Counted from the first letter of the stretch, positions 1 to 12,557 are shown. The stretch: DNA of 38,355 bases from Nemertoderma westbladi (GCA_032718475.1 JAUCBJ010001683.1:1-38355), one strand, 5' to 3'. Numbers and translations: made by a program. Notes: generated from the letters alone by a model not told the origin.

Positions 1-1739
1 AAAATGGGCACCGGTACACATACTATAGTAGGCCAATGAAAATCGTCAAAGGCTGATCTCGATCTCTAAATTCTTTATCGTACGTAGAATGAGCATCATC
101 TTTAGAATGAATTAGAATTACTTTCGCTTGCGAAATCGTATAAGAGTAGTTGCCTTCGGAATCCATGGCGTTGATAGGGTCAAACTGAATCACAATAACT
201 CAAAACTAACTTCAGTAACTACATGAACTTCCATTTAAAACGTTACTTATGTTTAATTAAAGCATTAGTACTGTAGTATAACATAGGTACCAAAATTTTG
301 GATTTTGCTTATACAGTATACTCATTTTATGTGTTTACGGAAGCTGTATTTTTTTTTTTTTTGTATTTTACTACCCAATTACGTCTATTTTTTGAAATAA
401 TCTTTTTTTGTGTAATAGAACTTTATTAGTTATATAGTAGCTAGTGTTTTTATGGAGCAACAGTAGTTATTTTTTACTAGCTTACTGCAGTACAGTAATA
501 GTAAGTATGTACTGTATTTATGTTTAAAACTGATTATTTTTTAATGTTATGTAGGCTATGTATACTGTGTGTTTTATTGGTTGGTTAACAATAAGTCTCT
601 ATTAATTGTTGCTGGGCCAACTAGCCTAAATTATTTTCCTAAATTAATAGATAGATCTCATTCAGGGACACTTTGCTAAATTTAGATTCATAAAACTCTC
701 TAAACTAAGTTAGTTAATTTATAAAAAATATACTTTTTTAAACAATAATTTTACATAAAATAAAACTTTTATTTTTATAAAAATTTAATAGCAACCATAT
801 GATTGTCGGAGAAGATACAACTATATTCTTGAACAGTAATATACAACCAAAACACATAAAACTAGTATAAGCAAAATTCAAAATTTTGGACTAGTGCCTT
901 AATTAATTCATATTAAAGGTAAATGTTTCTAATTATTTTAAATATAATTATTAACAAAATTTAAAAGTAAAACTAACAACAACAAATTACAAAATAATTC
1001 TAGAACAATGGCATTTGTGTTTCCAAGTTAGTTTGTTAGTGAAATTTTCAGTTTAAAAAGCGCGAAATCGCGCAAATGTAACATGCCATGCAACAGACGT
1101 TGTATGGGTCTGTCTACTAGGGTGGAGTGAAAAAAAAAAACTTCTTTACTTTTAAGGGAAGCACTATTTTTCTGATGCCAAATCGGTCTAAACTAACATT
1201 GCAAAAAAAAAATTTTGATTTTGAAAAATTCTAAGCGGGCCTCACGACACTTGAAAATTTCAAATTTTTGGAAAGGCAATGCCAGTTTTGAAATTCTTAG
1301 ATTTTGTATTTTTGATAAAAGTTAAGGAAGATGCAAATATTTAATGTCAAATAGGTTGGAAACAAACACAAAATGTGAAATTGTGATTTTCATATAAATC
1401 TACCCCAGCCTCATGGCGTTTAAAATTTTGCAAAATTTGCCAAATTTAGCCCTAAAAATACAGCAAACCTACTTCGTACTGTAGTCTGTATAGTTGAAAT
1501 CGATTTACTGTGATTTGGAGTTCTTCCTGAGTGAAAACCAAGTCTCCTGATTTGATCACAACTATATTTCAAATACTAGAAACCCGGCTAGCTGGCTGTG
1601 AATTTGACTTTGGATCAAATTCCCAATAAGTATATTATAAACACGAAGTGGGGCCTTCGCGCAGCACGTGAAATGAGTTAATGCTAAGTATCAACTCGAA
1701 AGGATTATAAAAACATAGGAGAAGATTTTCCCGGAAAAC

Positions 1740-3090
1740 GTTAACCCTCTAGCGGGAGACTGGGTAACTGAAGAAGGAAGGATTAGTTTCCCTACAAAGC
1801 CACAGCCTATGGTCTATTACATATCTACCAAGTTTCCGATTGAAGGATCATAAATAACGAAATGTTGGAAGGTTTTCACTTTCATACATTTAGCCCTCTA
1901 GCGGCATATTAAAGAACTACGGATCGATCACCTTCCTCACAAAGACGAGGCATGTGGTCTAGTACATACCGGTACTGTATATTCCAAAATTCAGCTTAAA
2001 TAGATTAAGATCAAGGAATTCGCGAAGGTTATCACTTTCCTAAATTTCGCCCTCTAGCGGCAGACTCAAAAACTCCGGACCGATTACTGTCCACACAAAG
2101 ACTTAGGATGTCTTCTAGTACATATATGACAAGTTTCAGCTTGATCAGATCATAAATAACTAAATGGGAGATTAATTTCACTTTCGGGACATTTTGCCTT
2201 CTAACGGCAGACTGGAGAACTGTAAACGGATTCGCCTCATTTGAAAGTCATAGCTAATGGTTTAGTACATATCTGCCACGTTTCATCTTAAACGGATTAA
2301 AAGCAAAAAATGGGAAGGACATTTAATGTTTAGATATGTGGCCCTCTACCGGCAGACTGGAAAACTTCGGACCGATTACAATCCACACAAAGACTCAGGA
2401 TGTCATCTAGTACATATATGACAAGTTTCAGCGTAATCAGATCATAAACAACTAAATGGAAGAATAATTTCACATTCGGGACATTTCGCCCTCTAGCGGC
2501 AGACTGGAGAACTGCAGACAGATTAGCCTCCTTTGAAATTTACAGCTAATGGTCTAGTACATACTTACTTCCCAAGTTTCAGCTTAAACGGATTAAAAGC
2601 AAAGAAATGGGTGGCCATTTAATGTTTAGACATGTGGCCCTCTAGCGGGAGACCATTGCACTGATGGTGTCTGAAAGTCTCTCAAACGTCTCAACTTTAG
2701 CTCATATTGATACCTACAAATTTTCAACTTGGCAGCTTTAAATCCGACAAAGTTATTAGCATGTCAAAATCGTAACGACGACAACGATTTCACTTTCAGA
2801 CCTTTGGCCCTCTAGCGGCAGACTGGAGAACTGCAGATGGATTCGCCTCCTTTGAAAGTCACAGCTAATGGTCTAATACATATCTGCCAAGTTTCAGCTT
2901 AAACGGATTAAAAGCAAAGAAATGGGAGGGCATTTAATGTTTAGACATGTGGCCCTCTAGCGGGAGACCATTGCACTGATGGTGTCTGAATGTCTCTCAA
3001 AAATCTCAACTTTTGCTCATATTGATACCTACAAATTTTCAACTTGGCAGCTTTAAATCCGACAAAGTTATTAGCATGTCAAAATCGTAA
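1740..3090 (+). repeat. Tandem array of ~150-bp units
   Basis: Anchor ccctctagcgg (or a 1-2 mismatch variant) at about 1745, 1894, 2050, 2197, 2343, 2489, 2638, 2808 and 2953. Confidence 0.9.
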
Positions 3091-3152
3091 CGACGATGAC
3101 AACGACGACGACGACGACGACGACGACAACGACGACGACGACGACGACGACA
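3090..3152 (+). repeat. (GAC/ACG)n microsatellite
   Basis: acgacgatgacaacgacgacgacg... seen directly. Confidence 0.95.
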
Positions 3153-3485
3153 ACTATTTGCATAAATTGACCCACCCCCTAACAGTGTCAATTCGCTAAG
3201 GCTCCGCCAACTTCGTGGCTCGCCCCACAACAGTAGGCCTAGGTCTAGGAAGAAGGATAATTCTAAATTAGGAAAACACTAGAAAAACATATGAAAAACA
3301 CTGTAAAGCACCTAGAAAACATTAAAATTATTGATTAACAGGAAATTTAATACATCATTACACTGAATTGGTAATCTTAAATGTACTGCTCGCTTAGCAC
3401 ACGTTAAGTAATCTCCGTAAAACATAGGGAAAACACTATAAACCCTCTGGACAATAGTGAAATTTTACCTATATTTCGCTAGAAT

Positions 3486-3708
3486 GCGGGGTAGCTCAAT
3501 TATGGCTGAGCGCCAGGCCTGCAATCGATTGGTTGTAGGTTCAGCCCCACCAGGGTCCACTCAGCCTCCTTTCATCCACTGGGGTCGATAAATTGAGTAC
3601 CAGTTAAATAACTGGGAGCAAATCTTGGGATAATAGTAGCGCCCACCCCTACCCTCGGTAGCATCTATCGAAAGAGGAGCCTTCGGGTCGCCTCAACTGT
3701 TTGCTTGA
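3486..3708 (+). mobile_element. tRNA-derived SINE with Nin-like central domain
   Basis: tRNA-like head with box A (gtagctcaattatgg) and box B (ggttcagccc), then ccactcagcct...catccactggggtcgataaattgagtaccag resembling the Nin-SINE core. Absent from the opposite foldback arm; degenerate flanking duplication atatttcgcta / atatgctgcta. Confidence 0.75.
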
Positions 3709-4761
3709 TATGCTGCTAATAATACTACAGTAGGTGACAGAATAAATCAATCAGCATGCAGTTCAGCACTATCCTTGTTTTACTGGTCAGCCAGTAGTAC
3801 CAAAAATTGCTATATTCTGGTATTACATAGTGTATTCCAGTATTGTTAGTGTTAGATCAATTCATCTGCTAAATGTTGGCAGTTGAAGTGCAGAAGTTGT
3901 GGTATTTATTTAAAGGATACCATTCATACCAGAAAATCGAACTGACTAGAAAATCATGTGTGATGTGTTCTAGATCTTGCATCCGCTCTTCTAGCCACAC
4001 TGGTATGCCACTTCACTACAGTATCTCTGTAGGTAGGACCTAACTGTAGCCCTCTTGCTGTCTTAATATTAAATACCGCAACATCTGCACTTTAACTGTT
4101 CAACATTTAGCAGATGACAAGATCCAACACTAACAATACTTGAATACACTAATACCAGTATACACCATTAATGTGCCTCTACCGACTGACCAGTAAAACT
4201 GTTGAAATGCATGCTGATTGGTTACTTTTCCTGGGTTGCCGGGCAACAATGATTTCTGTGTAGTATTAGACACTTTCAACTTATTTTTTAGCAGCATATT
4301 AGGTAAAATTTAATGCTATTTAATGCCAATCATTTTTGCACTGTTTTCTGGACAGTTTATAGTTGTCCCTATGTTTTACGTAGATTACATAATGGTGTGC
4401 TATGCGAGGAGTACATTTAAGATTACCAATTCAGTGTAATACATGTAATAAATTTCCTGTTGATCAATATTTTTACTTTTTCCGGGTGCATTACAGTGTT
4501 TTTCACTTGTTTTTCTAGTGCTTTACTGTTTTACTAGTGTTTTCCAAATTTAGAATTATCCTTCTTCCTATACCTACTGTTGTTTATAATATACTTATTG
4601 GGAATTTGATCCAAAGGTAAATTCACCGCCAGCAAGCTGGGTTTCTAGTATTGAAATATAGTTGTAATCAAATCAGGGGACTTGGCTTTCACTCAGGAAG
4701 AACTCCAAATCACAGTAAATATATTTCAACTATAGAGACTACGAAGTAGGTTTGCTGTATT

Positions 4762-6324
4762 TTAAGCCTTCATACCAAGAAGAGCATGCATAGTCCATGT
4801 GACACTGTACCGTATTAAAGAAGTGCAAATTAACTTGCGGGAGTCGGTGTTTAAACTATTTTTATTTCTGTATAGAAACCTAAGCCTACTGTTAACTTTC
4901 GAGAAAATATTTTTCACTGTGCTTTCTCCTGATAAGCAGTTATCCAATGTGGCGCCTAAATATTTAACTTCCTTTTTATTTTCAATCTTATGTCCATTAC
5001 TAGTGACTTCAAACTTAGTTACCTTCTTTAACTTTCTTTTGGAACCAAACAAAATACTTTCAGTCTTACCGTAGTGAATGGATAGCTTATTATCAACCAA
5101 CCACTCATTACAGGATTCTAGAACTGCACTTAACTTTTGGGAAATATGGATAGGATCTTTATGAGAGAAAATAAGAGCACTGTCGTCGGCATATAAAATG
5201 AGTTTAAAATTGGGATCTATACTACTAATAATATCATTTAAATAGCATACAAAAAGCAGAGGACCTAATATACTACCTTGCGGTACACCACAGGTAATCT
5301 CTTGTACAGTAGACTGCGATTTGCTAATGACTACAGTTTGACCTCTGTTTGACAGGTAGGACTTGAACCAGTCTATAGAACCTACACCCATCAGGCCTAA
5401 CTTACCAAGCAGAATTTCATGATCTACAGTATCGAAAGTCTTTCGTAGGTCCAACATTACCATACCAGTATATAAACCCTTTGCGTTATTACATCTAATT
5501 GTATCAGTTAAGTTAATAAGACATCTGTGTGTAGAATATGATTTACGAAAACCGGACTGAAGTTCATAGATCAGATTTAGCCTACTAAGATGTGCTTCAA
5601 GCTGTAGAAAAATAGAACGTTCTAGAATTTTAGATACAATACTTAAGATACTAACAGGTCTGTAATTACAGGGTTCTACTTTACTATTCTTTTTATACAG
5701 AGGAAAAACCTTAGCTAATTTCAGTTTGTCTGGTACTACATTATCTACGATAGAGTAATTAATAATAAAATTAATAGGCACTTTAAGTACTTCAGCACCA
5801 TCCTTAAGAAAACGGGCATGTATTAGGAAAATACAGCTATTGCAGAGAAAACTTGGCTCAAGATTGTTTCTGGTGGAGAATAAATTACAGCTTTTCCTAT
5901 GGTAACATTTTAAATGTACAAATGTGTCACAACTCTCGCATTGGACGATCTTACTACGAGAGTTTGTTCCTCGTTGACAGACGGGACAGTTGATCTTAGG
6001 GGCCCGTGTCCTGCTGGGTCCTGGGTTGGTCTCAATATCCCCAGCCAGAGACAGAAGACAGAGTTTGGCGATTAGGCCTCTAGTTCGTGGAGAGGAGACC
6101 CAAGATCTTCTTCCCCGACGAGAGCAGTAGAGGCTAAATCCACTCGTCGACCACATCTTCGTCGATTCGGCGCAGCAGTTCGAAATGGTAGCGACAGGGT
6201 GTTCCACAAACCAGTCCAATACGGGTATTGGGTGGGTTGCAGGGTTACCCCGCGGATCGGATGGTTCTGCCACAACGAAACGGCCCAGAACGATGAAAAC
6301 TGTGGAGATTAAGAGCGTTGACAT
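4762..6324 (-). mobile_element. CR1/L2-group LINE ORF: hydrophobic N-terminus, 2A-like peptide, PHD finger, RT; no APE domain; 3' truncated
   Basis: 520-aa ORF with [18 protein letters not shown]-x2-C...C-x2-C-x4-H-x2-C...C-x2-C, and RT motifs [35 protein letters not shown]. Confidence 0.9.
6016..6042 (-). other. 2A-like (StopGo) ribosome-skipping motif GDIETNPGP
   Basis: Exact match to the D(V/I)ExNPGP consensus, preceded by a leucine-rich stretch ([10 protein letters not shown]). Confidence 0.8.
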
Positions 6325-6424
6325 TGTGCTGTCTGGCTGTATTCTGACTCAAAGGATAAAAACTGTATAGGCCTAGTACCGGTATCTTTCTTGGTCTTAT
6401 TGTCGGCAGGCCTACAGCTGCTGC

Positions 6425-7749
6425 CTACAACACTGTTTGCTGCAAATTGGCCTCCAACTCATGCTGGACAAGACTGATGATGTTGGTAGATATCGTCCTG
6501 GCTTGAAGCTCTCCCCGAGGCACTGTCATGTATTTCAAAGGCATTGTCTTAGCCTTCGAGGTTACAAAAGATCCCCCGCAACTGTCTGATGTCACATGTC
6601 TAGGTAGGTATAGAGTAACGCCCAGCCCATCCTTGCTAGCATCACTGAAGCTGTGTAGCTCCAGATCAGCAGGAAAGGTGGCTTGTAAGGGAAAGTATAC
6701 CCTTGGGATGGTATAGTCTTGTAGGAGCGTCAACTGGGCCTCCCAGTCCCTACATTGCTCGGCTTGCCTTTCTGGAATGGGATCATCCCACTCCAGTCTA
6801 GCCTGCCAAATGCTGCGGAGTATGATCCTTGCATGTAGGATCACTGGACTTATAAAGCACAGTGGGTTGTACAAACGACTCATTGTCGATATACAGGTCC
6901 TCTTCGTGAGAGGTCTGGTTGTTGGTTCTTACGCGTACCCTAAAGTTGTCGGTGTTTGGGTCCCAACTAAGTCCAAGGACCTTGGTCATAGGCAGAGGTT
7001 CCAAGTCTAGGTCTAGGTCACCTCCGCCAGGTCAGTGGGGTCAAAGGAGTTCACTAGGTCGGGGTTATTGGAGGCGAACTTTGTGAGGTGGAAGCCACCC
7101 TTGGCGAGGCAGTTCTGGAGTTGGTGTGCCATGGTTGTAGCATGCTCCAGAGTGTCGCAGCTCCTGAGGCCATCATCCACATAGAAGTCCCGCTCCACTG
7201 TCTGAACTATGTCTGGGTCAAATTTGTTGCGTTGGTCCAAGGCTGTCTGCTTTAGGGCGTACATGGTGTAGTTGGGGCTGTCCTGGGCCCCGAAAACCCT
7301 AACCTGCATTTGGTAAGTTTCTGGCGGAAGGTTCAAATTTCCGTCCGGGTACCATAGGAACCTCAAAATGTCCTTGTCCTACTCCAAAGCCTTAACCTGG
7401 TGAAACATGGCCTCTACATCACAGGTGAAGGCCACCTTGCGTTGTCTGAAACGCATCAGGACCCCCATGAGGTAATTGTTTATATTTGGCCCGTCCATCA
7501 ATTCACTATTCATGGACATCCCCTGATAAAGGGCAGCCCACCTTACCGGGTTTGTCTGGATGCCGTACGAAGTGATGTTGCAGGTTATATGTCTGATCTG
7601 TGGTTACCTTAGGATTTATCATCCTGATAGCGTATCCCTTTTGGAGATATGTCTGAAGCTGCGCGTTGTATTGCATATGGGCCGTCTCATTGCGCAGCGC
7701 AATAACCTCTGCCATATCGACTTGAGTCGTTTCAAAGTGAGCGGATAAT
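6425..7749 (-). mobile_element. BEL/Pao LTR retrotransposon pol, decayed (RT and RNase H / Peptidase_A17 region)
   Basis: RFLW...VFGAQDSP...DFYVDDGL...GGFHLTKFASN (RT); LYNPLCFISP...LEWDDP...HSFSDAS...KAKTMPLK...PRGELQA. Several stops and frameshifts. Confidence 0.9.
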
Positions 7750-7920
7750 GGGGTAGACGACTCTGAATTTTTTTTTCGAGTTTTCGTTGGTTTCATGTGA
7801 AAGAGCATGTGAAAAAACCCCAGAGAGCAATTTTACTTCAAAAAAAATAATATTGGCCGAGTTATAGCGATTTTAAAACGCAAAATTAGCAACACCGAAA
7901 AATCAGGCCGTTTCAGAAAA

Positions 7921-7946
7921 CTGCACTAGTGACGTCACTAGTGCAG
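7921..7946. promoter_or_regulatory. Perfect 26-bp palindrome containing a CRE/ATF site (TGACGTCA), followed by an inverted CCAAT
   Basis: ctgcactagtgacgtcactagtgcag, with attgg at ~7959. Mirrored at the other end by agccaatc (14361) and tgacgtca (14402). Function is inferred. Confidence 0.55.
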
Positions 7947-8674
7947 CAGTAAATGTTCATTGGTTACTATACAATATAAATCTCTTAGTAACTAAAATAA
8001 ATAATGTAGCTAATATTTATTTGGTGTGTTTTTGTATTGTGTTAAGAATACATTATTTGGGTACTGGTCCAGTATGCGTACACCCCCCACCAAATTTTTT
8101 GTACAAGATAGTTTTTAATAATTTCTTTTTTTGATATGTTCTAGAACTTATTAGCTATTTGTTTATAAAAAATAATGTTCTAGAAAAAATATTTTTTATT
8201 CTGGAACATATTAAAAAAATATATTATTTGATATCTTTATGGCGGAAATTGATTCATAACAAGTTAATTATTCTAGAATAATAATTATTTATCCCATACT
8301 ATACAGTTGTTAGCTATAAAAATAAAACATACAGTATTTTGTAGCTAAAACTGCCAGGTGGTAGAAATCCTGTAGCATATTGATGTTTTATTAAGCTTCA
8401 AAACTTAGATTACTTTGGATTAGATTGTGGATTCGAACTTTTTCGATTGCAATTATTTTTATACAAGTTAAATTATTGAATTCCAAGTAGCATTGATAGT
8501 TATCAATAATTCTAGAACAGTTCAGTTGTAGCTAACCCATATTTCAGTTAAATAGCTAACTCAAAATATATTGGCCTACTACTACACATTATTACGGACA
8601 GTAGCTGCGTTTATACTAAAAATAATATATCCACTAAAATACATCAAATATAAATAACAAATATAGAATAATTA

Positions 8675-11032
8675 ATGACAAGTTCGCAAATGCCAAAAGA
8701 CGCTCACGTAATGGAGCGGGGTTCGTCAAGTGCGACCAAATATTGCGGTGTGCCAAAATGCCCCAATAATTCCATCAAATGTCAGGAGAAGATATTTGTA
8801 CGTGTTCCGTGTGGAATAGAAAGAAGAAAGCTGTGGTTCACCAAATCTGGGAGACATGATGCCGAGTACCCAACCTTAAGTACACGTATCTACTTCTGCG
8901 AGGATCATTTTAAGGTGAGCTTTTAATTTCATTTGTCATTAAAATGTGTTTCTAATATATCTTTCAAAAGCCACTTAAGAAATAGTTTTATATTTTAATT
9001 AAAAACGTTGGCACGCTTGGTACTAGAGTGATTTAGGCACAAAACACACTCTCCCACCATCCCTCTTCCATAGTTTTATACAGTACTAGCTAGTTTTTGT
9101 ATTTTTTTTTTAAAACTGTTCAATTTTTACATGTTAGCTAATATTTTATTTAATATTCCAAAAAAGAAATAAAACTAGGTAGTATAAATATTTCAGGGGA
9201 TGCGTCTCCATGCCCCAGTAGTATCGGTACCGGTGTCAATATTGTGGTACCGCCTAAGTTAATAGAAATTAATAATTTAATAAAATAAATCAAATGAAAA
9301 ATACCATGGGACCGCACATTTTTTATTTATTTTATATATTTTTTAAAATCTTTTTACATTTCATGTACTATAGTGTAAATAATTGTTAATTTTATAGCTG
9401 GAATCTGACTGTGTAAATTACGCAATGTATACGTCAACGAGAAACGCACCTAATCCCTCACGCCTTTACATTAAACGAGATTGTGTACCAACTTTGTTTG
9501 AATGTAATAGAAAAACAATAAAGAGAATACAAGCAGACGATATGTGCGTCGACTTGGAAGCAAATATTACAACAATTATGGTAATCCATTTTCTGTTACT
9601 TTCACTCTTTTTTTACATTATATTTGTATTGTAGGCCCTAGTGAGGATATTCATAAATAATCCCCATTCCACATTGGTTTGTATACTAAATACGAAGTGT
9701 ACCTTTCGGAGTGGTATAATTCGTGCTGTGCACTTTTTATTTCACAATTATATCAAATTAATTTGATTATAGACACAATGAATAAATAAAGTAAATACTG
9801 TAGTAAATAACTTTTATTTATTATTATTTAAATAAGTAATAAATTTATATTCTTTACTTTAGGAAAACTCAATAACAACATCAGATGGACAAAGCTGTGA
9901 TATCATGGACCAAGACAATGTTGCTAAGATTTCCAAGATATGTCTAGCCACAACAAGCAATAAAGCAACCCAGAAGTCATGGAATCGGCCTCCTTGCCAA
10001 TCTGTAAATACTCAGGTTGGGGTAGCCACGGTCAGCTCATCAACATCACCGATGCAACATTATGATACATACGAATCTGAATCAGGGGGTTCTACTGTAG
10101 ATGAGGCTGATGATTTATGCGATGTAGAATTTTGTCCATCCAGTCAATCTCAACACAGCGAAAGTGATAATGAACAATTTGATACTGCTGATACTAATAA
10201 TGTGGAACACATGCGTCAAATTGTACTTTCCAATATACCATTACACACCGGAATACCAAATGAGTACAAGTATTTTGATTGTTGAGTTGGCAGAAGTAAT
10301 TGAATTCGAACAGAGAAAAGAATGTATATTAACAAAACTCGATATTATTATCCTCATATTTCAGTACATTCGTTTGGGCACCACATTTCGATTTTTGGCA
10401 TCGCTATGGGGTATTCCACTGTTAAATGGCCCACATTGGAAGATATCCAAAGAAACCTGCCATTGGCATTCAAAGCCAACTTTCGAAATGTAATAGCTAT
10501 TATAGATTGCTTTGAAATCGAGATCGAAAAACCATCGGATGCGTATGCACAGTCAGTCACATGGTCATCGTATAAGAACTGCAATACCATTAAATACCTG
10601 ATTTCAACAACCCCAGATGGTTTTATTAATTTCATTTCGAAAGGATACTGCGGAAGATCAAGCGACATCGCTATAGTAAAAGAATCCGGCTTTCTTGAAT
10701 CATTGCCTGCATCAGGAGATTCCACAAATATGATCATGGCTGATCGGGGTTTCAAGGGTATAGAATACCTTCTACATCAAAAGAATGCTAAATTGATTCG
10801 CCCTCCCTCGTTGGAAAGCGGAACGATTATGTCCAAAAAGGAAGTAATGGAGACGAAACAGATAGCCAGTTTGAGAGTCCATGTGGAAAGGTTAATAAGA
10901 CGTATACGGGAATACAAGATGTTGGAACCCCATTTAGTGATTCCTTTGAAGATAATCCCTGTAATTAATTGATGACGTAGTAAAAATATCTTCAGCTGCC
11001 ATCTCAATACAATCAGCATTAATGAGAATTTA
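8675..11032 (+). pseudogene. ISL2EU transposase (THAP, HTH, DDE_Tnp_4), three exons, frameshifted
   Basis: Exons 8675-8914, 9398-9580 and 9863-~11032 joined by phase-0 GT..AG introns. THAP C-x4-C...W...CEDHF...CVPTLF; DDE motifs IIDCFEI, SSYKNCNTIK, GRSSD, MADRGF, RVHVER. Frameshifts near 10275, 10415 and 10968. Confidence 0.9.
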
Positions 11033-11610
11033 GTTGAACTATAACTATAATTTACATTTTTTAATTATCTATTTTTTCACAATTTTGGGAAATATATATT
11101 CCTTCCAGAAGCTACGACAACTTTCCAGTAAACTTTGCATGTATATGGAATCATATGATACTTCAACTATTTTCACTTCGCCGTTTATTTCAAAAGATGG
11201 ATCTGCGACGCAAAACAAGGCCAGTTGTTTATTGCAAAGAAGCATTTGAAGTTGGATTTGTGCCATGAATTTAGTGCTTACAATATTCGATTGTGTAAGA
11301 TAAGATTTATGAATGGCATGTTTTGATGTTGGACATTTTACTTCTACCACATGCGTTGATGTAATGGCATCTGGGGAGGCACCAAGGAAAGGATATTCCT
11401 TACTGAGTTTCAACCTTGCGTGTTTCTTAATATCAATCCCTTTCAAATTAGATATTCTTCTTAACACATGGTCTTCAAGGTCTCTGCCCCTTTTCATGGC
11501 CTGTGTGTCTTTCAATCCTTTTACCCCTATTGAATGTAAATTGTAGTTATAATTTAATACAATTAATTGAGTGGTTATAAGGGGTGAGTGAAAAACAATG
11601 ACATAATTAA

Positions 11611-11860
11611 GTAACCTGCATAATCTTGTAACATGTGTTATCTTTCGTTAATTGTTTTGGTTCCCCGTACACGCCTCTATAACCTGCTCCTTTAAATGGC
11701 AATGGGACCTGTACGAAACAAAGAGGTAAAGTCGCGTTAGGTCCCAAAGAGCGTGAGGTCCCAGTGCCGAGCAGGATAGTAATGGAGCAGGTTACAGAGG
11801 CGTGTTTGGGGATGTAAAACAATAAACGAACGCTAACACAGTATGTGTTTTGTACAGGTC
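11611..11860. mobile_element. 250-bp hairpin MITE flanked by TTAA, in a YqaJ intron
   Basis: Arms ~11614-11690 and ~11784-11859 are reverse complements (cacgcctctataacctgctcc / ggagcaggttacagaggcgtg). TTAA at 11607-10 and 11861-64. Confidence 0.7.
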
Positions 11861-12557
11861 TTAAGTCTTTGGGGTCTTGGTTATGTACTGACCCTGGTTA
11901 TATGTGCAAATTTGTTTAAATTTAAATTCTACTTATGTTGTGCATTACCAAAATAATAATTATAATTATTATGCTACAATAATAAGTATAACTTTTTATT
12001 GTAATATGGAACCACTCATCCATCCATAACACCAATAATAAATTACAATAATAAGTATGAATGTATGCTTGAAGATATTATTATTACCAAATATACGTTT
12101 CACTAGACTTCCATCATATGTCTTGCAATGGGCTGCCTCGTGAAGTTTAGACGCAGTCACCCGTCCATATCTTAAATGGTGCCACATAGGACAGTCTGAC
12201 TGCTTGGCAGTTTTCGTAAACGCTTCCTCAATGAGATGTGGCGTTATTTTTCCCATACAGTACGATATAAATTCCTCGCTTCGACCATTTTGACATGTCT
12301 GTGATTAATTAATATATTAATTAACTGCCTTGATTTGTATCGAAATAATTTCAATAAATAATATATTTTTTTATGTATTAGAAAAACAATTCCATTGAGC
12401 AATACAATGGCCTTTGTGACCTCCCGTGTAAAAATTCCGTGGTTACGTAAGATTAAGTATTATTTATGGATGTATATAATTATAAGTAAATAACTGTAAT
12501 TACCTTCATATACTGTAAGCCAAGATAATCCATTTGCAACCACGTCTATGGCGATAT

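Larger units (their letters stand above)
1641..3226 (+). mobile_element. Helentron-associated (HINE-like) non-autonomous element with internal tandem array and microsatellite
   Basis: The opposite foldback arm reads attataaacaacagtagg uninterrupted, so this is an insertion at an A|A site with no TSD. Short inverted motif cacgaagt (1642) / acttcgtg (3210), central ~150-bp tandem array and (GAC)n near the end, as in HINE-type elements. Confidence 0.65.
1455..4763. mobile_element. Foldback / long-palindrome non-autonomous element, left arm interrupted by two insertions
   Basis: 1455-1640 is the reverse complement of ~4580-4763, 3227-3475 of ~4300-4580, and ~3740-3915 of ~4065-4222 (e.g. aatcagcatgca / tgcatgctgatt; catctgctaaatgttg / caacatttagcagatg). 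No ORF; no clear TSD. Confidence 0.8.

Noticed and set aside
1118-1454. Terminus of another DNA transposon (tagggtggagtgaaaa...)
   Set aside because: It looks repeat-like, but no partner TIR or TSD was found in the window.
1740-3090. Regularly spaced ccctctagcgg motif as a CRISPR array
   Set aside because: The intervening sequences are homologous to each other (a tandem repeat), the period is ~150 bp, there are no cas genes and the context is eukaryotic.
3039-3230. Arg-rich, protamine-like 63-aa ORF
   Set aside because: It is the translation of the (GAC)n microsatellite on the minus strand.
3486-3560. Functional tRNA gene (possible GCA anticodon)
   Set aside because: Stems pair poorly and it runs directly into a SINE core domain.
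11069-11515. YqaJ as evidence of a prophage or bacterial contamination
   Set aside because: The gene has GT-AG introns and lies within the TIRs of a eukaryotic transposon.
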